A DNA stretch of 64,000 nucleotides, taken from the NCBI GenBank assembly GCA_964493385.1, contig CAZBNW010000001.1, forward strand, positions 22,267-86,266. The letters are read 5' to 3'. This DNA is from an uncultured archaeon. GTDB taxonomy: Archaea; Asgardarchaeota; Lokiarchaeia; Sigyniarchaeales; SOKP01. The position numbers were made by a program, and so were the translations under genes. Within the stretch, counting starts at the first letter, position 1; the number at the start of each line of letters is the position of its first letter. Of this stretch, positions 20,826-31,286 are shown one piece after another. The notes beneath the pieces were generated by a model. It ran no database searches, was not told the DNA's origin, and worked only from the letters and a program-made list of their open reading frames with translations.

Positions 20826-21443
20826 ATGACAGTTAAAGCAATTATTTTTGATTTAGGAGGAGTAGTAATAGATTTAGATTTTTCAAACTTTTATAACAAA
20901 ATAATAACTCAATCACCTTTAAACAAACCTCAAACGCCAATTATGTTAGAATTTTTTAGACAATCTGACATATACCACCAAGGAAATATGAGTGATGATG
21001 AATTTTACTTACTTGCTTGTGATCTCCTCCAAGTTTGCATGTTAGACCAATCTGAATTTTTTAATGCATTTAATAGTATTATATCAGGCTTCAATTCAGA
21101 TATAATAGAAATAATCAAAAAAATACGAGATAGTAATCAATATAAACTTTTAGCTTTATCCAATGTAAACTCCAGTCATTGGAATTATATATTAGATAAA
21201 AAATGGGACTTTATGAATTATTTTGATGAATTAATTCTTTCACATGAAATTCATCTGATTAAACCTAACCCTAAAACTTTTGAATATGCTATTCAAAAAG
21301 CTGGTTGTAAACCAGAACAAATAGTCTACATAGATGATGGATTGAATAATATACGTTCTGCGAGAGAATTAGGAATTATTGGCATAAAATATATCAATAC
21401 TGATAAACTCATAGAAGAGCTTAAAAAGTTAAAGGTTATGTAA
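20826..21443 (+). CDS. HAD superfamily hydrolase
   Basis: KAIIFDLGGVV (DxD/DxG motif I), LSN (motif II) and YIDDGLNN (motif IV). Start at the internal ATG 20826, just after the thrS stop. Confidence 0.7.
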   Translation: MTVKAIIFDLGGVVIDLDFSNFYNKIITQSPLNKPQTPIMLEFFRQSDIYHQGNMSDDEFYLLACDLLQVCMLDQSEFFNAFNSIISGFNSDIIEIIKKIRDSNQYKLLALSNVNSSHWNYILDKKWDFMNYFDELILSHEIHLIKPNPKTFEYAIQKAGCKPEQIVYIDDGLNNIRSARELGIIGIKYINTDKLIEELKKLKVM

Positions 21444-21460
21444 AAAAACCATAAAATCGT

Positions 21461-21988
21461 TTATTTGCTTATATCTTCAAGACATGCTTTTGCGATCTTT
21501 TCAAACGCTAATTCTACTTTTTCTCCTGTCTTGGCTGATGTCTCCATATATTCACAATTTAGCCTTTTTGCTAAATCTTCTGCTTCTATCCGATCTACTT
21601 CTCTTTCTAAATCAACTTTATTACCTAAAAGTAACATTGGTATAGTTTTTTTCACCGTTTTTTTAATAGAACTTACCCATCCAGGAATTTTTAGAAGAGT
21701 TTGACTAGATGATAAATCAAAAACGCCAAGTGCGGCGTTACTACCTTTAAAATAGATCGTTCGAAGCTTGTGAAATTGTGGTTGCCCTCCGATATCCCAG
21801 AGAAGGAGGCGCACAGTTTTTTCATCAAGTTCAACGTCTTTGATTAAAAAATTACTACCTATAGTTTTTTTTAAATCATCACTGAAGTAATCTTTTATAT
21901 AGCGCAATAAAAGAGATGTTTTACCTACACCACCAGGTCCAAAAAGAGTTATTTTAAATTTATATTGAGAATTTGGACTCATCATCAA
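21461..21988 (-). CDS. Ras/Rab-like small GTPase
   Basis: G1 GPGGVGKTS, G3 WDIGGQ, G4 GNKVDL and G5 ETSAK are all present in the eukaryote-like order. Confidence 0.85.
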   Translation of the reverse strand: MMMSPNSQYKFKITLFGPGGVGKTSLLLRYIKDYFSDDLKKTIGSNFLIKDVELDEKTVRLLLWDIGGQPQFHKLRTIYFKGSNAALGVFDLSSSQTLLKIPGWVSSIKKTVKKTIPMLLLGNKVDLEREVDRIEAEDLAKRLNCEYMETSAKTGEKVELAFEKIAKACLEDISK

Positions 21989-22184
21989 TCTCCTCGTAGA
22001 AAATAAATATTTAGAGTATTTCTTTTAATGTCAGATATAAAATTTTTTATATAATTTAAATTACTTTAGTGAATTTTATTATTAATTAATTCATTTCTTA
22101 TTATTTCATATTATCTTTCAAAGATATTTATATCTTTATAATATAGCCTAATTATTTTTTATATTACTCTAAATGAGATCTCTT

Positions 22185-23450
22185 TCACGATTTTTTCTTT
22201 TTTTGTCCTGCACTTCCAATTTTTCTCATAATCCATTCAGGTGTTCCAACACCGTTAAAATATTTCAACCAAATATACATAAGTAAACCTAAAAAGCCAC
22301 AATAACCAACCCAAACAATTGGTAAAAATATTATTGAAAATTGACCAGCATATAATGGAAGAAATAGATATTGAATTAAAAAAAGAGAGAGACTTGTTTT
22401 TCCATAAAATAAGACTAATTTTATCACATCATTAGATTTCTTTTTTATATCGATAAAATAAAAGAATATTGCAATAAGTAAAAAAGCAACACCGAGATTG
22501 TAGAACATATTTTGGGCACTACATCTTATCATAAAAAGTGGCATTCCTCCAAATTTAAAATAATTTTGTTGATTAGCGATATGCAATAAATCAATATGTA
22601 AATATTCTGATCGTACAATTATACCTGGAGATGATTGAGTTCCAGGAATTAAGCGTGCCAATCCTGTTTCCCATATATTAAAAGCAACTCCCCTAGGAAC
22701 AATTATGAATATCCCTAGTAATACAAATACAATACCATAGATGGAAAATATTCGGAATAACTTATAATAAGCTTCTTTGGTCCCTTTCATCATCGCATCG
22801 TAAAGAAACTCACCAAATATTGTAGACATGAAACAAACTGCTAAGTATGGTAAAATTGGTACTTGAGGAAGTGGAGAAGTTATAATAAAATGTAGGATAG
22901 TTATTACTATATTTCCCTCCTTAAATTCATAGAGGAGTTCTCGAATCCAAGGAGAGAAGTAAATAATTAATATACCAATCACTGCACGCGTAATCCTATT
23001 GAATTTTATTGCATAATAAGAGAAAATCTGAGAGAATCCAATGAACATTAGTATGTTCCAACCCCATAAATTTGCTGGGAAAGGAACATTTACCCCTGAT
23101 GTGAATAAAGAAATTGGATTGAAAAGCACACCTATAATAATAATTACTAATCCTCTTGTCAAAATCCCATTGCGAATTGCCTTTTCTGACATTTTTCCTT
23201 TTTTTTTTTTATAACTGAAAACTACACTAAGAGCCGAAAGAAAAACGAATAAAGAAGGACCAAGAACATCCATAAATGCAAAAACTAGTCCATATACATA
23301 GATCCAATCGCTATCTAACCAACTGAGACCTACATGAGCCAAGATTATCCAAACTATTGCAAATCCTTTAACATAGTCTATTGAACCAATACGTTTTGAT
23401 GCATCATTTTTAATATCACTGTTTAATTCTTCTTCAATTATTATTGACAT
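22185..23450 (-). CDS. polytopic membrane protein, DUF1624/acyltransferase-3-like (paralog A)
   Basis: RIGSIDYVKGFAIVWIILAHV matches the RxxSlDxxRG...H acyltransferase-like N-motif. Clear paralog of 24974-26398 (shared LGPSLFVFLSALSV, NQNYF, FYFIDIKKKSND). Confidence 0.5.
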   Translation of the reverse strand: MSIIIEEELNSDIKNDASKRIGSIDYVKGFAIVWIILAHVGLSWLDSDWIYVYGLVFAFMDVLGPSLFVFLSALSVVFSYKKKKGKMSEKAIRNGILTRGLVIIIIGVLFNPISLFTSGVNVPFPANLWGWNILMFIGFSQIFSYYAIKFNRITRAVIGILIIYFSPWIRELLYEFKEGNIVITILHFIITSPLPQVPILPYLAVCFMSTIFGEFLYDAMMKGTKEAYYKLFRIFSIYGIVFVLLGIFIIVPRGVAFNIWETGLARLIPGTQSSPGIIVRSEYLHIDLLHIANQQNYFKFGGMPLFMIRCSAQNMFYNLGVAFLLIAIFFYFIDIKKKSNDVIKLVLFYGKTSLSLFLIQYLFLPLYAGQFSIIFLPIVWVGYCGFLGLLMYIWLKYFNGVGTPEWIMRKIGSAGQKKKKS

Positions 23451-23647
23451 TCTTGATCCTACTCTATTTATTATTAAGTGAATAAGGAAAACATTAATTT
23501 CCTAACTAAAATTGTTATATTATTATTATTGAACATTTAAACTATTTAAAACCTTTTTGTTACCATTATGTTAGTTTAATATAAGAGCAGTTCTAAGCGT
23601 AAAAAACTCTATTTTTAAGAGTAGTTTTTATAACATTTCTAAAAATT

Positions 23648-24931
23648 CTATCTAACTTGATTTACATAATATACAACTAAGCAGTAGTATAATAACATCA
23701 ATAATATTAATCCTCCCGCATTAAAAGGGAAAAATTTATAGGATAGATAAAAAATTCCCCAGAAAATAACCATCAGTATAGCTATTAGATAATGAAGATA
23801 TTTGAATAGTTTATACGATTTAAAATTTTTATTGATGAGAATGAAAAAAATCAAGAAGGGCGCCAAAACGACAATATGATGAGGCCAAGAATCAAAATAA
23901 ACAATTAGCATTATTAATATCCCTGCTAAATATCCATTGATTAAATTAATCGGGTGATTTGAGTTTTGAATATATAGAAAAAATATTGGAACTAAGATTA
24001 GTATGGCTATTATAATAAAAATTAAAAAACCATTAATATCTACTTTAATCAATTGCAGGAAAATTAAGATTATCCTAGTAAGACTGAATGATGGATTGAT
24101 TTTTAACCCCCCTTCAATGGCATATGTATATTTTCCAGCAAGATTAACATCAATAAAATCTATTAACATTTGCGGATAAATTATAAAGTAAACTCCCGAG
24201 ATCAATATTAAAATCACAGATCCTAGCAATCTCATAACAGTTTTTTTAAAATTAAAAATAAATTTCCTAGCTTCTCTATTATAGTTTAAAACTATTAAAA
24301 AAGGTAAAACAAAAATTAATGTTGGTCTAATTGAAACTCCTAATCCTAATAAAAATCCTCCTAACAAATCATTCTTAACTCCTCCTTTCAAAAAATAAAA
24401 AAGTGAAGAAAGAATGAAAATTGAAACTAAAATATTAATCTGTCCTAAGAAATAATTCATAAATTGCGGGAGCATTATTAGAAAAAGAGCACTTTGATGA
24501 AGAATGGATTCGTTTTCTGGTTTATCAAAGATATCTCTAAAAGTTTTTAATTTATAATATAAATTAGAGCTATTACTTAAGCTCTTATAAATCTGAATGA
24601 TTTTATAGATCAAATAAATAATTAAAATGTTTAGAAAGAAATTGAAAATTTGGAATATAAAATAGCCCAATTCTAATCCCAAAATTGAAAAAGGTGTAAA
24701 AAAATAAGCTGAAATTGGTAAATATCTAAATGGAAAAGGGGAAAGCAAAGAGTTATATAAATTTGGTAAATCTTCTAACACATTCAAACCAGCATAATAA
24801 AATGACAAATAATCATTTTCATTAATACTCATTAAAGGGCTATCTAAAAAATAAAAGAAAATGAAAGTTAAGATCAAATAGAAAGCATTGACAATACAAG
24901 CTATGAAAAAAAATAATCGAGTTTTATACAT
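23648..24931 (-). CDS. polytopic membrane protein, GT-C/DUF2029-like glycosyltransferase candidate
   Basis: 427 aa with more than 10 TM helices. The N-terminal loop with DYLSFYYAG resembles GT87/DUF2029-type proteins. Weak call. Confidence 0.4.
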   Translation of the reverse strand: MYKTRLFFFIACIVNAFYLILTFIFFYFLDSPLMSINENDYLSFYYAGLNVLEDLPNLYNSLLSPFPFRYLPISAYFFTPFSILGLELGYFIFQIFNFFLNILIIYLIYKIIQIYKSLSNSSNLYYKLKTFRDIFDKPENESILHQSALFLIMLPQFMNYFLGQINILVSIFILSSLFYFLKGGVKNDLLGGFLLGLGVSIRPTLIFVLPFLIVLNYNREARKFIFNFKKTVMRLLGSVILILISGVYFIIYPQMLIDFIDVNLAGKYTYAIEGGLKINPSFSLTRIILIFLQLIKVDINGFLIFIIIAILILVPIFFLYIQNSNHPINLINGYLAGILIMLIVYFDSWPHHIVVLAPFLIFFILINKNFKSYKLFKYLHYLIAILMVIFWGIFYLSYKFFPFNAGGLILLMLLYYCLVVYYVNQVR

Positions 24932-24973
24932 TAGAAATCTTATCTTATCTATTCAATAAGCGATTTGATATAT

Positions 24974-26398
24974 TTATTCTGTCGTCTTTCCATTTTCACT
25001 GTCTTTACTCAATTTTTTCATGAAATCTTCCATTTTTTTAACTTTTTCACGCTTTCTAATTTTATCATACATCTTTTTAGTTGTTTTCTTAACAGCTTCG
25101 CCTGATTTTTGACCTATTCTACCTAATTGAACCATTAACCATTCAGGGGATCCAACCCCTTTAGCATACTCCATCCAAACATACATAAAGATCCCTAAAA
25201 ATCCTATATAAGCAGAAGCAATAATTAAGAAAAAAGCTACACCAAATTGATTAAAGAAAAGTGAAAGGAATAGGAAGTGAATTATGAATAAGCTTAAGGA
25301 AACTTTGCCGAAATATATTAATGTATTGATGAGGTCATTGGATTTATTCTTGATATCAATAAAATAAAAGAAAATGGCAATAATTAATAATGCAGCACCT
25401 TGATTATAAAACATATTTGCACTTGTTCCTCTTATTAAGAAATTTGGCATTCCAGGAATTATAAAATAATTTTGATTATTGGCAATTGCTAATAAACCTA
25501 AATGAGGATATTCAGATAATTCCATAGTGCCCCCCATGATAGTTGGAGTTTGTAGCGCCCAGCCGGGTTGCCAATCGGCAAGATTTAGCCCACTAGGAAA
25601 GGGAGCAAAAATTCCAACTAAAATAAAAATTATGCCCCAGACAAAAAATATCCTAAACAAACCAATGTAAGCATCTCTCGTTCCTTTATTCATTGCTTCA
25701 AAGATATATTCACCAAAAATGGTAGAAATAAAACATATTGAAACCCAAGGAAGAAGAGTTAGATGAGGGGTTGGAGAGGTTATAATATAATGGAAAATAC
25801 TTAATAATATATTTCCTGTCTCTTTACCTTCATAAAGAATAGCTCTTAAAAAGGGAGAGAGAATGATTATTATTATTCCTATTATAATACGGTTAGACCT
25901 TTTTAATTTTAAGATATAAAAAGAAAAAATTTGAGAGAATCCTATAAATGTAATAATATTCCAGCCAAAAATTATTACAACAACTTCTCCTGTTTTTAGA
26001 TCAACACCTATTATATTAGTAAGCATTCCTAAAACAATCATTACAATACCACGAGTAAAAATACGATTTCGGATAATTTTTGGGTGTATAATACCTTCTT
26101 TTCTTTTAATACTAAATATTACACTTAAGGCTGAAAGGAACACGAATAAAGAAGGGCCAAGAATATCTAAGAGGGCAAAAAGGAGTCCATAAAGATACAA
26201 TGAATCGGCATCAAGCCATCCTTGCGCTGTATGAGCTAATATTACAAAGACTATAGCAAAACCTTTTAAAAAGTCTATTGATGATATTCTTCTAGGCGAT
26301 GCGTAATCTCTTATATCTTCAAGTGGAATTTCTTGCTTTAAATAATTAAATAGAGGAGGCGATTCTGTTTCTATTTCGGATTCAATTTGTGATGTCAT
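24974..26398 (-). CDS. polytopic membrane protein, DUF1624/acyltransferase-3-like (paralog B)
   Basis: RISSIDFLKGFAIVFVILAHT, collinear with 22185-23450 over most of its length, plus an extra K/E-rich C-tail. Confidence 0.5.
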   Translation of the reverse strand: MTSQIESEIETESPPLFNYLKQEIPLEDIRDYASPRRISSIDFLKGFAIVFVILAHTAQGWLDADSLYLYGLLFALLDILGPSLFVFLSALSVIFSIKRKEGIIHPKIIRNRIFTRGIVMIVLGMLTNIIGVDLKTGEVVVIIFGWNIITFIGFSQIFSFYILKLKRSNRIIIGIIIIILSPFLRAILYEGKETGNILLSIFHYIITSPTPHLTLLPWVSICFISTIFGEYIFEAMNKGTRDAYIGLFRIFFVWGIIFILVGIFAPFPSGLNLADWQPGWALQTPTIMGGTMELSEYPHLGLLAIANNQNYFIIPGMPNFLIRGTSANMFYNQGAALLIIAIFFYFIDIKNKSNDLINTLIYFGKVSLSLFIIHFLFLSLFFNQFGVAFFLIIASAYIGFLGIFMYVWMEYAKGVGSPEWLMVQLGRIGQKSGEAVKKTTKKMYDKIRKREKVKKMEDFMKKLSKDSENGKTTE

Positions 26399-26532
26399 TT
26401 CAATCTTATTTATTATTTAATTGGTAATTCAAAATCTCAGAAAAATTAATATTTTCAAAACTTATTTTAATATTATTCTTTTTGAATTTTTATAATTTTT
26501 CAATTTGAATGAAAAAATTTGTATGACATTTT

Positions 26533-26964
26533 ATGGAACTTAGAAAGCACTTAAATACATCTATAATAGGTTTAATTGGTTCTATAATAATAATATTGTC
26601 TGAATTTTTTTCATGGTTTTCTGATTCTAGCTTAATTGAGATTTATATTGATACTATATCTGTGGCTATCGCAGATGCATTTTTATTTCTATTTCCACTA
26701 ATGAGTGGTATCATTTGTCTAATCGCTAGTATTTTAGTTATTTATAAAATAGAGTTAAAAGTTAAATCTGTTATAATATTTTTCATTGGTTTAGGCTTTT
26801 TGATAATATTTTTTGTTGATTATATTACGATTATTATTTCATTATTAGGATACCTCCCTAATGCGCGTATTGGATTATATTTAGGAGTCGCTGGATTCCT
26901 TTTAATACTAATTAATATAATAAATGTATTAATGACTATAGAAAAACACACGGATGGTAATTAA
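26533..26964 (+). CDS. small membrane protein (4 TM)
   Basis: 143-aa hydrophobic ORF. Confidence 0.4.
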   Translation: MELRKHLNTSIIGLIGSIIIILSEFFSWFSDSSLIEIYIDTISVAIADAFLFLFPLMSGIICLIASILVIYKIELKVKSVIIFFIGLGFLIIFFVDYITIIISLLGYLPNARIGLYLGVAGFLLILINIINVLMTIEKHTDGN

Positions 26965-26982
26965 GAATTTCAGAAAAACCTA

Positions 26983-27848
26983 ATGAAACTGAGAATGAAT
27001 CAAATGGGCAAGATTCTGAATCAAGTTTTTATTATGCTCTAGGTCATGAGCTTAGAAGAAGAATAATTAAAATTATTGGAGATAATGAGTTCACATCCTT
27101 TACCGTCCTAAAAAAAGAGCTTAGAGTAAGTACTGGGACAATTTATCATCATTTAGATACTCTGTCAGAGTTAATAGAGCAAAGACAAGATAAAAAGTAT
27201 TATTTAACAGAATTAGGAGTTTATGCATATAACTCTTTAAAGGATAACATTGAAACAATTAAATCCCCTACTAGAGCATTCAAATCCCCAATTTTAAGAA
27301 AATTAATGTTACTAACTTCTAAAAGATTCATTCTTTTCGAGAAAGAAGATAAAATTTACACTATTTTAATATCTGTTGGTATTATTGCCCTAGGCACCAT
27401 TTTTTGTGGATTAAATGGTTTTTCCTCTTTTCTATTATTTTTTTTAGAAAATACTCAAATAGGTTCGGATATATTTTTTCAATTTTTAATTAGTTTTAGT
27501 TTCATAATTAACTTTTTTATATTTTTCATCATAATAGAAGGCATTTCTCGATTATTTTACAATAAGAAGGAAAATACTTGGAGTTTTTTTATTTCTTTTG
27601 CGATTATTGAATTTCCAATGATTTTGTATCTTATACTCCACTTGATTTTCAAATCTTCAGGTATAATATATCTCAGTATAGTTAATTTAATTGACAAAGT
27701 ACTGTTAATTGTTTTCCAAGTCTGGTCCTTATGGTTATTATCATACAGTTTATGTGTAAAGAAAGGATTAAAAATTGAAAGTAGTCTAATTATTTCTTTA
27801 TTGCTTCATTATGGTGGTTTTACAATAATTTTATTTATGCTGGTTTAA
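26983..27848 (+). CDS. ArsR-like wHTH fused to a 5-TM domain; interrupted by an apparent 1-nt frameshift in a T5 run
   Basis: The frame of track ORF 27306-27848 is open back to 26961 and encodes FYYALGHELRRRIIKIIGDNEF..LRVSTGTIYHHLDTL (ArsR HTH) with no ATG/GTG/TTG. ATGs at 26983, 26995 and 27004 lie in the +1 frame. One extra T in TTTTT (27026-27030) would join them. Confidence 0.5.
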
Positions 27849-29130
27849 CGAGTTTAAAATTTAGATTTTTTAGAGATTGAATTATTTCATTCACTCTTAT
27901 CTTCGATGAGGCTAAATTCTTCATTTTTGTAGCAATAAAACACGAGAATTGGTTTGAATTATTAAGAGAAATTGGAGGTGTGACAAATTCAGGGATCTGT
28001 TTCATTAAAGAAGGTATTAACTTTTCATATAATTCTTCCTTATCTTTGAATTCATTAATATAAAAATCAACTCTGGTAAAGTGTGAATGATTGAGAATTT
28101 TTATTTCTACTGATTCTAAATTATTTGTTTTGGAATTTAGAATTAGTTCTGCGCAATTTAGATTAATTGTATTTCTTAACCCTATGTATGAAGTAGTTAA
28201 CCTAGGATTAATCTCTATAAAATATAAAGTAGAAGGGTATTTTTCTATGAAATCGATGCCAAAATAACCTTCAATTTTAGAGAAATTGATTTTTTTCATA
28301 ACAACTGATAATTCTTTAAGTATTTCTTTATAATTTTCTAAAGGAGTATACCCCCCAAAATATTCAGATTTTAGATTTTTTATACTAATATCCTGCGAAT
28401 TCACACTCAGAATAATTGGATGCAAAACTAATAAATTTGGAGCACCTATCAATGAAAGACTTGAATCCCTCCCTTCAATAAATTCTTGAAGTATAAAATT
28501 CCTTTTATTATCATATTTTCTATTTAATTCTTTAAAAAAATCTAATATTTGATATTCTTTTTCAAAATAATAAATAGATTCTGCTCCAACTCCATCTTCT
28601 GGTTTAATCACAATTGGGCATTTCAATTTTCTATATTTTTGAATTATGAAATCTAATTCTAAAATTTCCCTTTTGTAAGGGATTTTGTAAGTTCTTGGAG
28701 TTAAAACCTCATTTTTTTTAAAATATTTATACACTCTTATTTTTGAGGTACCAAGTTTAATACCTTTTAAATTTGTACTTAAAATTATTTTATTAGAGTT
28801 TTTAGCAATTTTAGTTAATTCAAAAAGAATATTTGAGGATTCTGGAGCAATTATAAAAATATATTTACAATCTCTCACATAATTTTTAAAGATTTTTATA
28901 TAATTTTCATTAGCAGTTATTTTTTTTATAACATCAGCTTCTAAAAATTTTGATAAGAAGAAAATCCTATAATCTAAAAATGTAAGAATCTCAAAATCCA
29001 ACGCTTTAAAATCTGTTATAATCGATCTTAACATACCAAAACCTTCACAAAAAAGTGGAATGGGTATATTAACTTTACTAAAACCGCCACCAGAGACAAA
29101 TTCAAAAATAAAAATTAAATTTTTACTCAT
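27835..29130 (-). CDS. ATP-grasp domain protein (ATP-grasp_3 / MfnD-like)
   Basis: The FIFEFVSGGG N-terminus, IVIKPEDGVGAESIYYF, LQEFIEG and FIEINPR are typical ATP-grasp elements. Confidence 0.6.
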   Translation of the reverse strand: MSKNLIFIFEFVSGGGFSKVNIPIPLFCEGFGMLRSIITDFKALDFEILTFLDYRIFFLSKFLEADVIKKITANENYIKIFKNYVRDCKYIFIIAPESSNILFELTKIAKNSNKIILSTNLKGIKLGTSKIRVYKYFKKNEVLTPRTYKIPYKREILELDFIIQKYRKLKCPIVIKPEDGVGAESIYYFEKEYQILDFFKELNRKYDNKRNFILQEFIEGRDSSLSLIGAPNLLVLHPIILSVNSQDISIKNLKSEYFGGYTPLENYKEILKELSVVMKKINFSKIEGYFGIDFIEKYPSTLYFIEINPRLTTSYIGLRNTINLNCAELILNSKTNNLESVEIKILNHSHFTRVDFYINEFKDKEELYEKLIPSLMKQIPEFVTPPISLNNSNQFSCFIATKMKNLASSKIRVNEIIQSLKNLNFKLVKPA

Positions 29131-29264
29131 TTTTAAAGTAATTTTTTAATATTCAGATTTTTATAGATTAGTCATTCTTTAAAATGTTTTGATAGATTAG
29201 TTTTAAAATGATGTTTGAATTATTTAATTTAACTAAATTTAATAAAAAACTATAAGATTTTATT

Positions 29265-30497
29265 ATGACTTTTTTTACAGAAGAATTAATGCAGAGAATA
29301 CGTTATCTGCATTTCAAAATAAAACATTTAGAAGATGCTTTAGAAAAAGAAGATGAACACTTTAGTTTAGATGATCTAAATCTTATATTAGAGTATACTA
29401 AGATTTTAAATATTAATTATGAAAATGAAAATCATAAAGAGATTTTAAAAGATTTAGATATTACCCCTATTTTTCTTGACCCTTTAGCTAACAGTGATAT
29501 TGAAATTCAAGATATAATGTTTGAATGTGCTCGTGCATTATGGGTTATGGCAAAAGCTTATTCCCAATTATCTGAAAAATATGAAGAGGAAGAAGAATGG
29601 GAAAATGCTATTATTGCGATGACTGAATGCAGTAAAATATATAAAACAGCTGCTTATTTTAGCGCTGCTGTTGCTTATCAAAGAGAGATGGGTTTAACTC
29701 TTACTTCTGAAAATTTAGAGTTAAATTCAGAAGAATCAAGAATTCTTGCTCAAAGTATCGCTGCTTTAAAAGAAGAAAATAATAATAATATTTACTTTTC
29801 TTCAAAATTATATGCAGGCCTTAGTTTACTATCAAAAAGATTATTTTATTTAAAGAAACATGAAGAGAAAAAGAAACAACAAATCAGAGCTCAATTTCAC
29901 TATGATATGGGAAAATCATGTTATCTCAAAGCACGAGCTTCATTAGAATCCTCAATTACATCAATTAATAAAGAAAAAGTTCACCAACTACAACAAAAAG
30001 CTTTATGGTATTTTTTAAAAGCAAGAGATATTTGGGAAGATATGCTAAAAACTCTACCTGTTTCAAGTGAAGAAAAAGAAAATATAGAATTAAATTTATC
30101 TATTGTAAAAGATAATTTAAAAGAAAATGATGTAGAACAATTGCAATATGAAGAAATAAAGAAGATCCAAGATCCTGAACCAATAATTATTATTCCAGAA
30201 AATTTAGCGCCATTTGTCCCAAAAAGCATTATATATCTGACAAAATTTGTTCCTAAAGATTTAAATATTAAACGATTTAAGTCATACCAAAGAAAGAAGT
30301 TGGAAGAAAAAATTCCCTATAGTAAAAAAGAAAAATTAATTGATAAGAAGGCTGGAGTCGTAAGAACAATTAATGAATTAAAGGTGTTAAAAGAAAATAA
30401 TGAGATAGAAGTAGATAAGTTTGCTGAACTAATGGAAAAATATTCTACAAAATTAGAAATGATTGGTTCTGCTATAGAAAAATTAGCGAAAAAATAA
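29265..30497 (+). CDS. hypothetical helical/coiled-coil protein
   Basis: 410-aa E/K-rich ORF with no recognisable catalytic motif. Confidence 0.35.
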   Translation: MTFFTEELMQRIRYLHFKIKHLEDALEKEDEHFSLDDLNLILEYTKILNINYENENHKEILKDLDITPIFLDPLANSDIEIQDIMFECARALWVMAKAYSQLSEKYEEEEEWENAIIAMTECSKIYKTAAYFSAAVAYQREMGLTLTSENLELNSEESRILAQSIAALKEENNNNIYFSSKLYAGLSLLSKRLFYLKKHEEKKKQQIRAQFHYDMGKSCYLKARASLESSITSINKEKVHQLQQKALWYFLKARDIWEDMLKTLPVSSEEKENIELNLSIVKDNLKENDVEQLQYEEIKKIQDPEPIIIIPENLAPFVPKSIIYLTKFVPKDLNIKRFKSYQRKKLEEKIPYSKKEKLIDKKAGVVRTINELKVLKENNEIEVDKFAELMEKYSTKLEMIGSAIEKLAKK

Positions 30498-30528
30498 ATT
30501 CAATCTACTTGGAATTTAAAGTTCTTCC

Positions 30529-30879
30529 TCAGTTAATGTTTTTTTTTTCTCTTTCTATATACTTTTTACGATTTGCTTCCAATTCAAAATTTCTTCGAGA
30601 TTCTTCTAAAAACACTAGATCATAAGCTTCTTTAAGTACTAAACCAATCAGCATTAATTCTATAAGAAATATAAGAAATATCATTATCATTTCCAGATTA
30701 TGTAAATCTTTAAGAAAAAGCGTTGAAAATGTAAAAATGTGAGGAATATAAAAAACTGTTACAATGCCTATTGTTTTGCCAAATTTAATTATGTTCTTAT
30801 TTTCTAACTTGAAAATCTTTTCTAATCTTAAAGCATTCCACAAATAATATGAAGAAAATATAAGATTTATAGAACACAA
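30529..30879 (-). CDS. small membrane protein
   Basis: 116-aa ORF (TTG start) with TM helices. The frame stays open upstream to about 31033 and encodes one more TM helix without a canonical start. Confidence 0.35.
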   Translation of the reverse strand: MCSINLIFSSYYLWNALRLEKIFKLENKNIIKFGKTIGIVTVFYIPHIFTFSTLFLKDLHNLEMIMIFLIFLIELMLIGLVLKEAYDLVFLEESRRNFELEANRKKYIEREKKNIN

Positions 30880-31286
30880 AATAATAATAAAATCTCTTTC
30901 TTGAGGTTGCAGTCCAATATACGGTTTAAGTACAATTGATCCAATTAAAAGTGTTAATGAGAAAAAAAATAGCGTTAATGTTAAAGATAATAAACCATTA
31001 TGGAAATCTTTGTAATCTAAGGTGACACCACCACTTTACAAACGATAATTTCAGTAATTTTATATTTAAATCGAGATATAAAAACAATTTTTATATATAT
31101 AGAAATTAATTCAAGTAGAATATTATATCTATTTTTTGGTTATCTATTTATATTGAATCGATAATAAGTTGAAATTTATTTATAGAAAAAAGATTGTAAA
31201 ATACTATTCGATTTTAAGAAAACATATTTTAAATCTTTATTTCTAAAATATTTGCTATTTTTATTCTTAGCATTCTTTTTAATATT

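Noticed and set aside
26956-26967. Possible programmed frameshift fusing membrane ORF 26533-26964 to the downstream HTH frame.
   Set aside because: The junction (ggtaattaag) has no slippery heptamer. The frame-0 stop at 26958-26960 leaves only one position for a shift. The T5-run indel with an upstream ATG explains the data more simply.
30880-31033. An upstream extension of the small membrane ORF, encoding one more TM helix with no canonical start. A GTG triplet run lies 1 nt out of frame.
   Set aside because: Only hydrophobicity supports it and there is no homology evidence. It is noted as a possible third start-proximal indel but not claimed.
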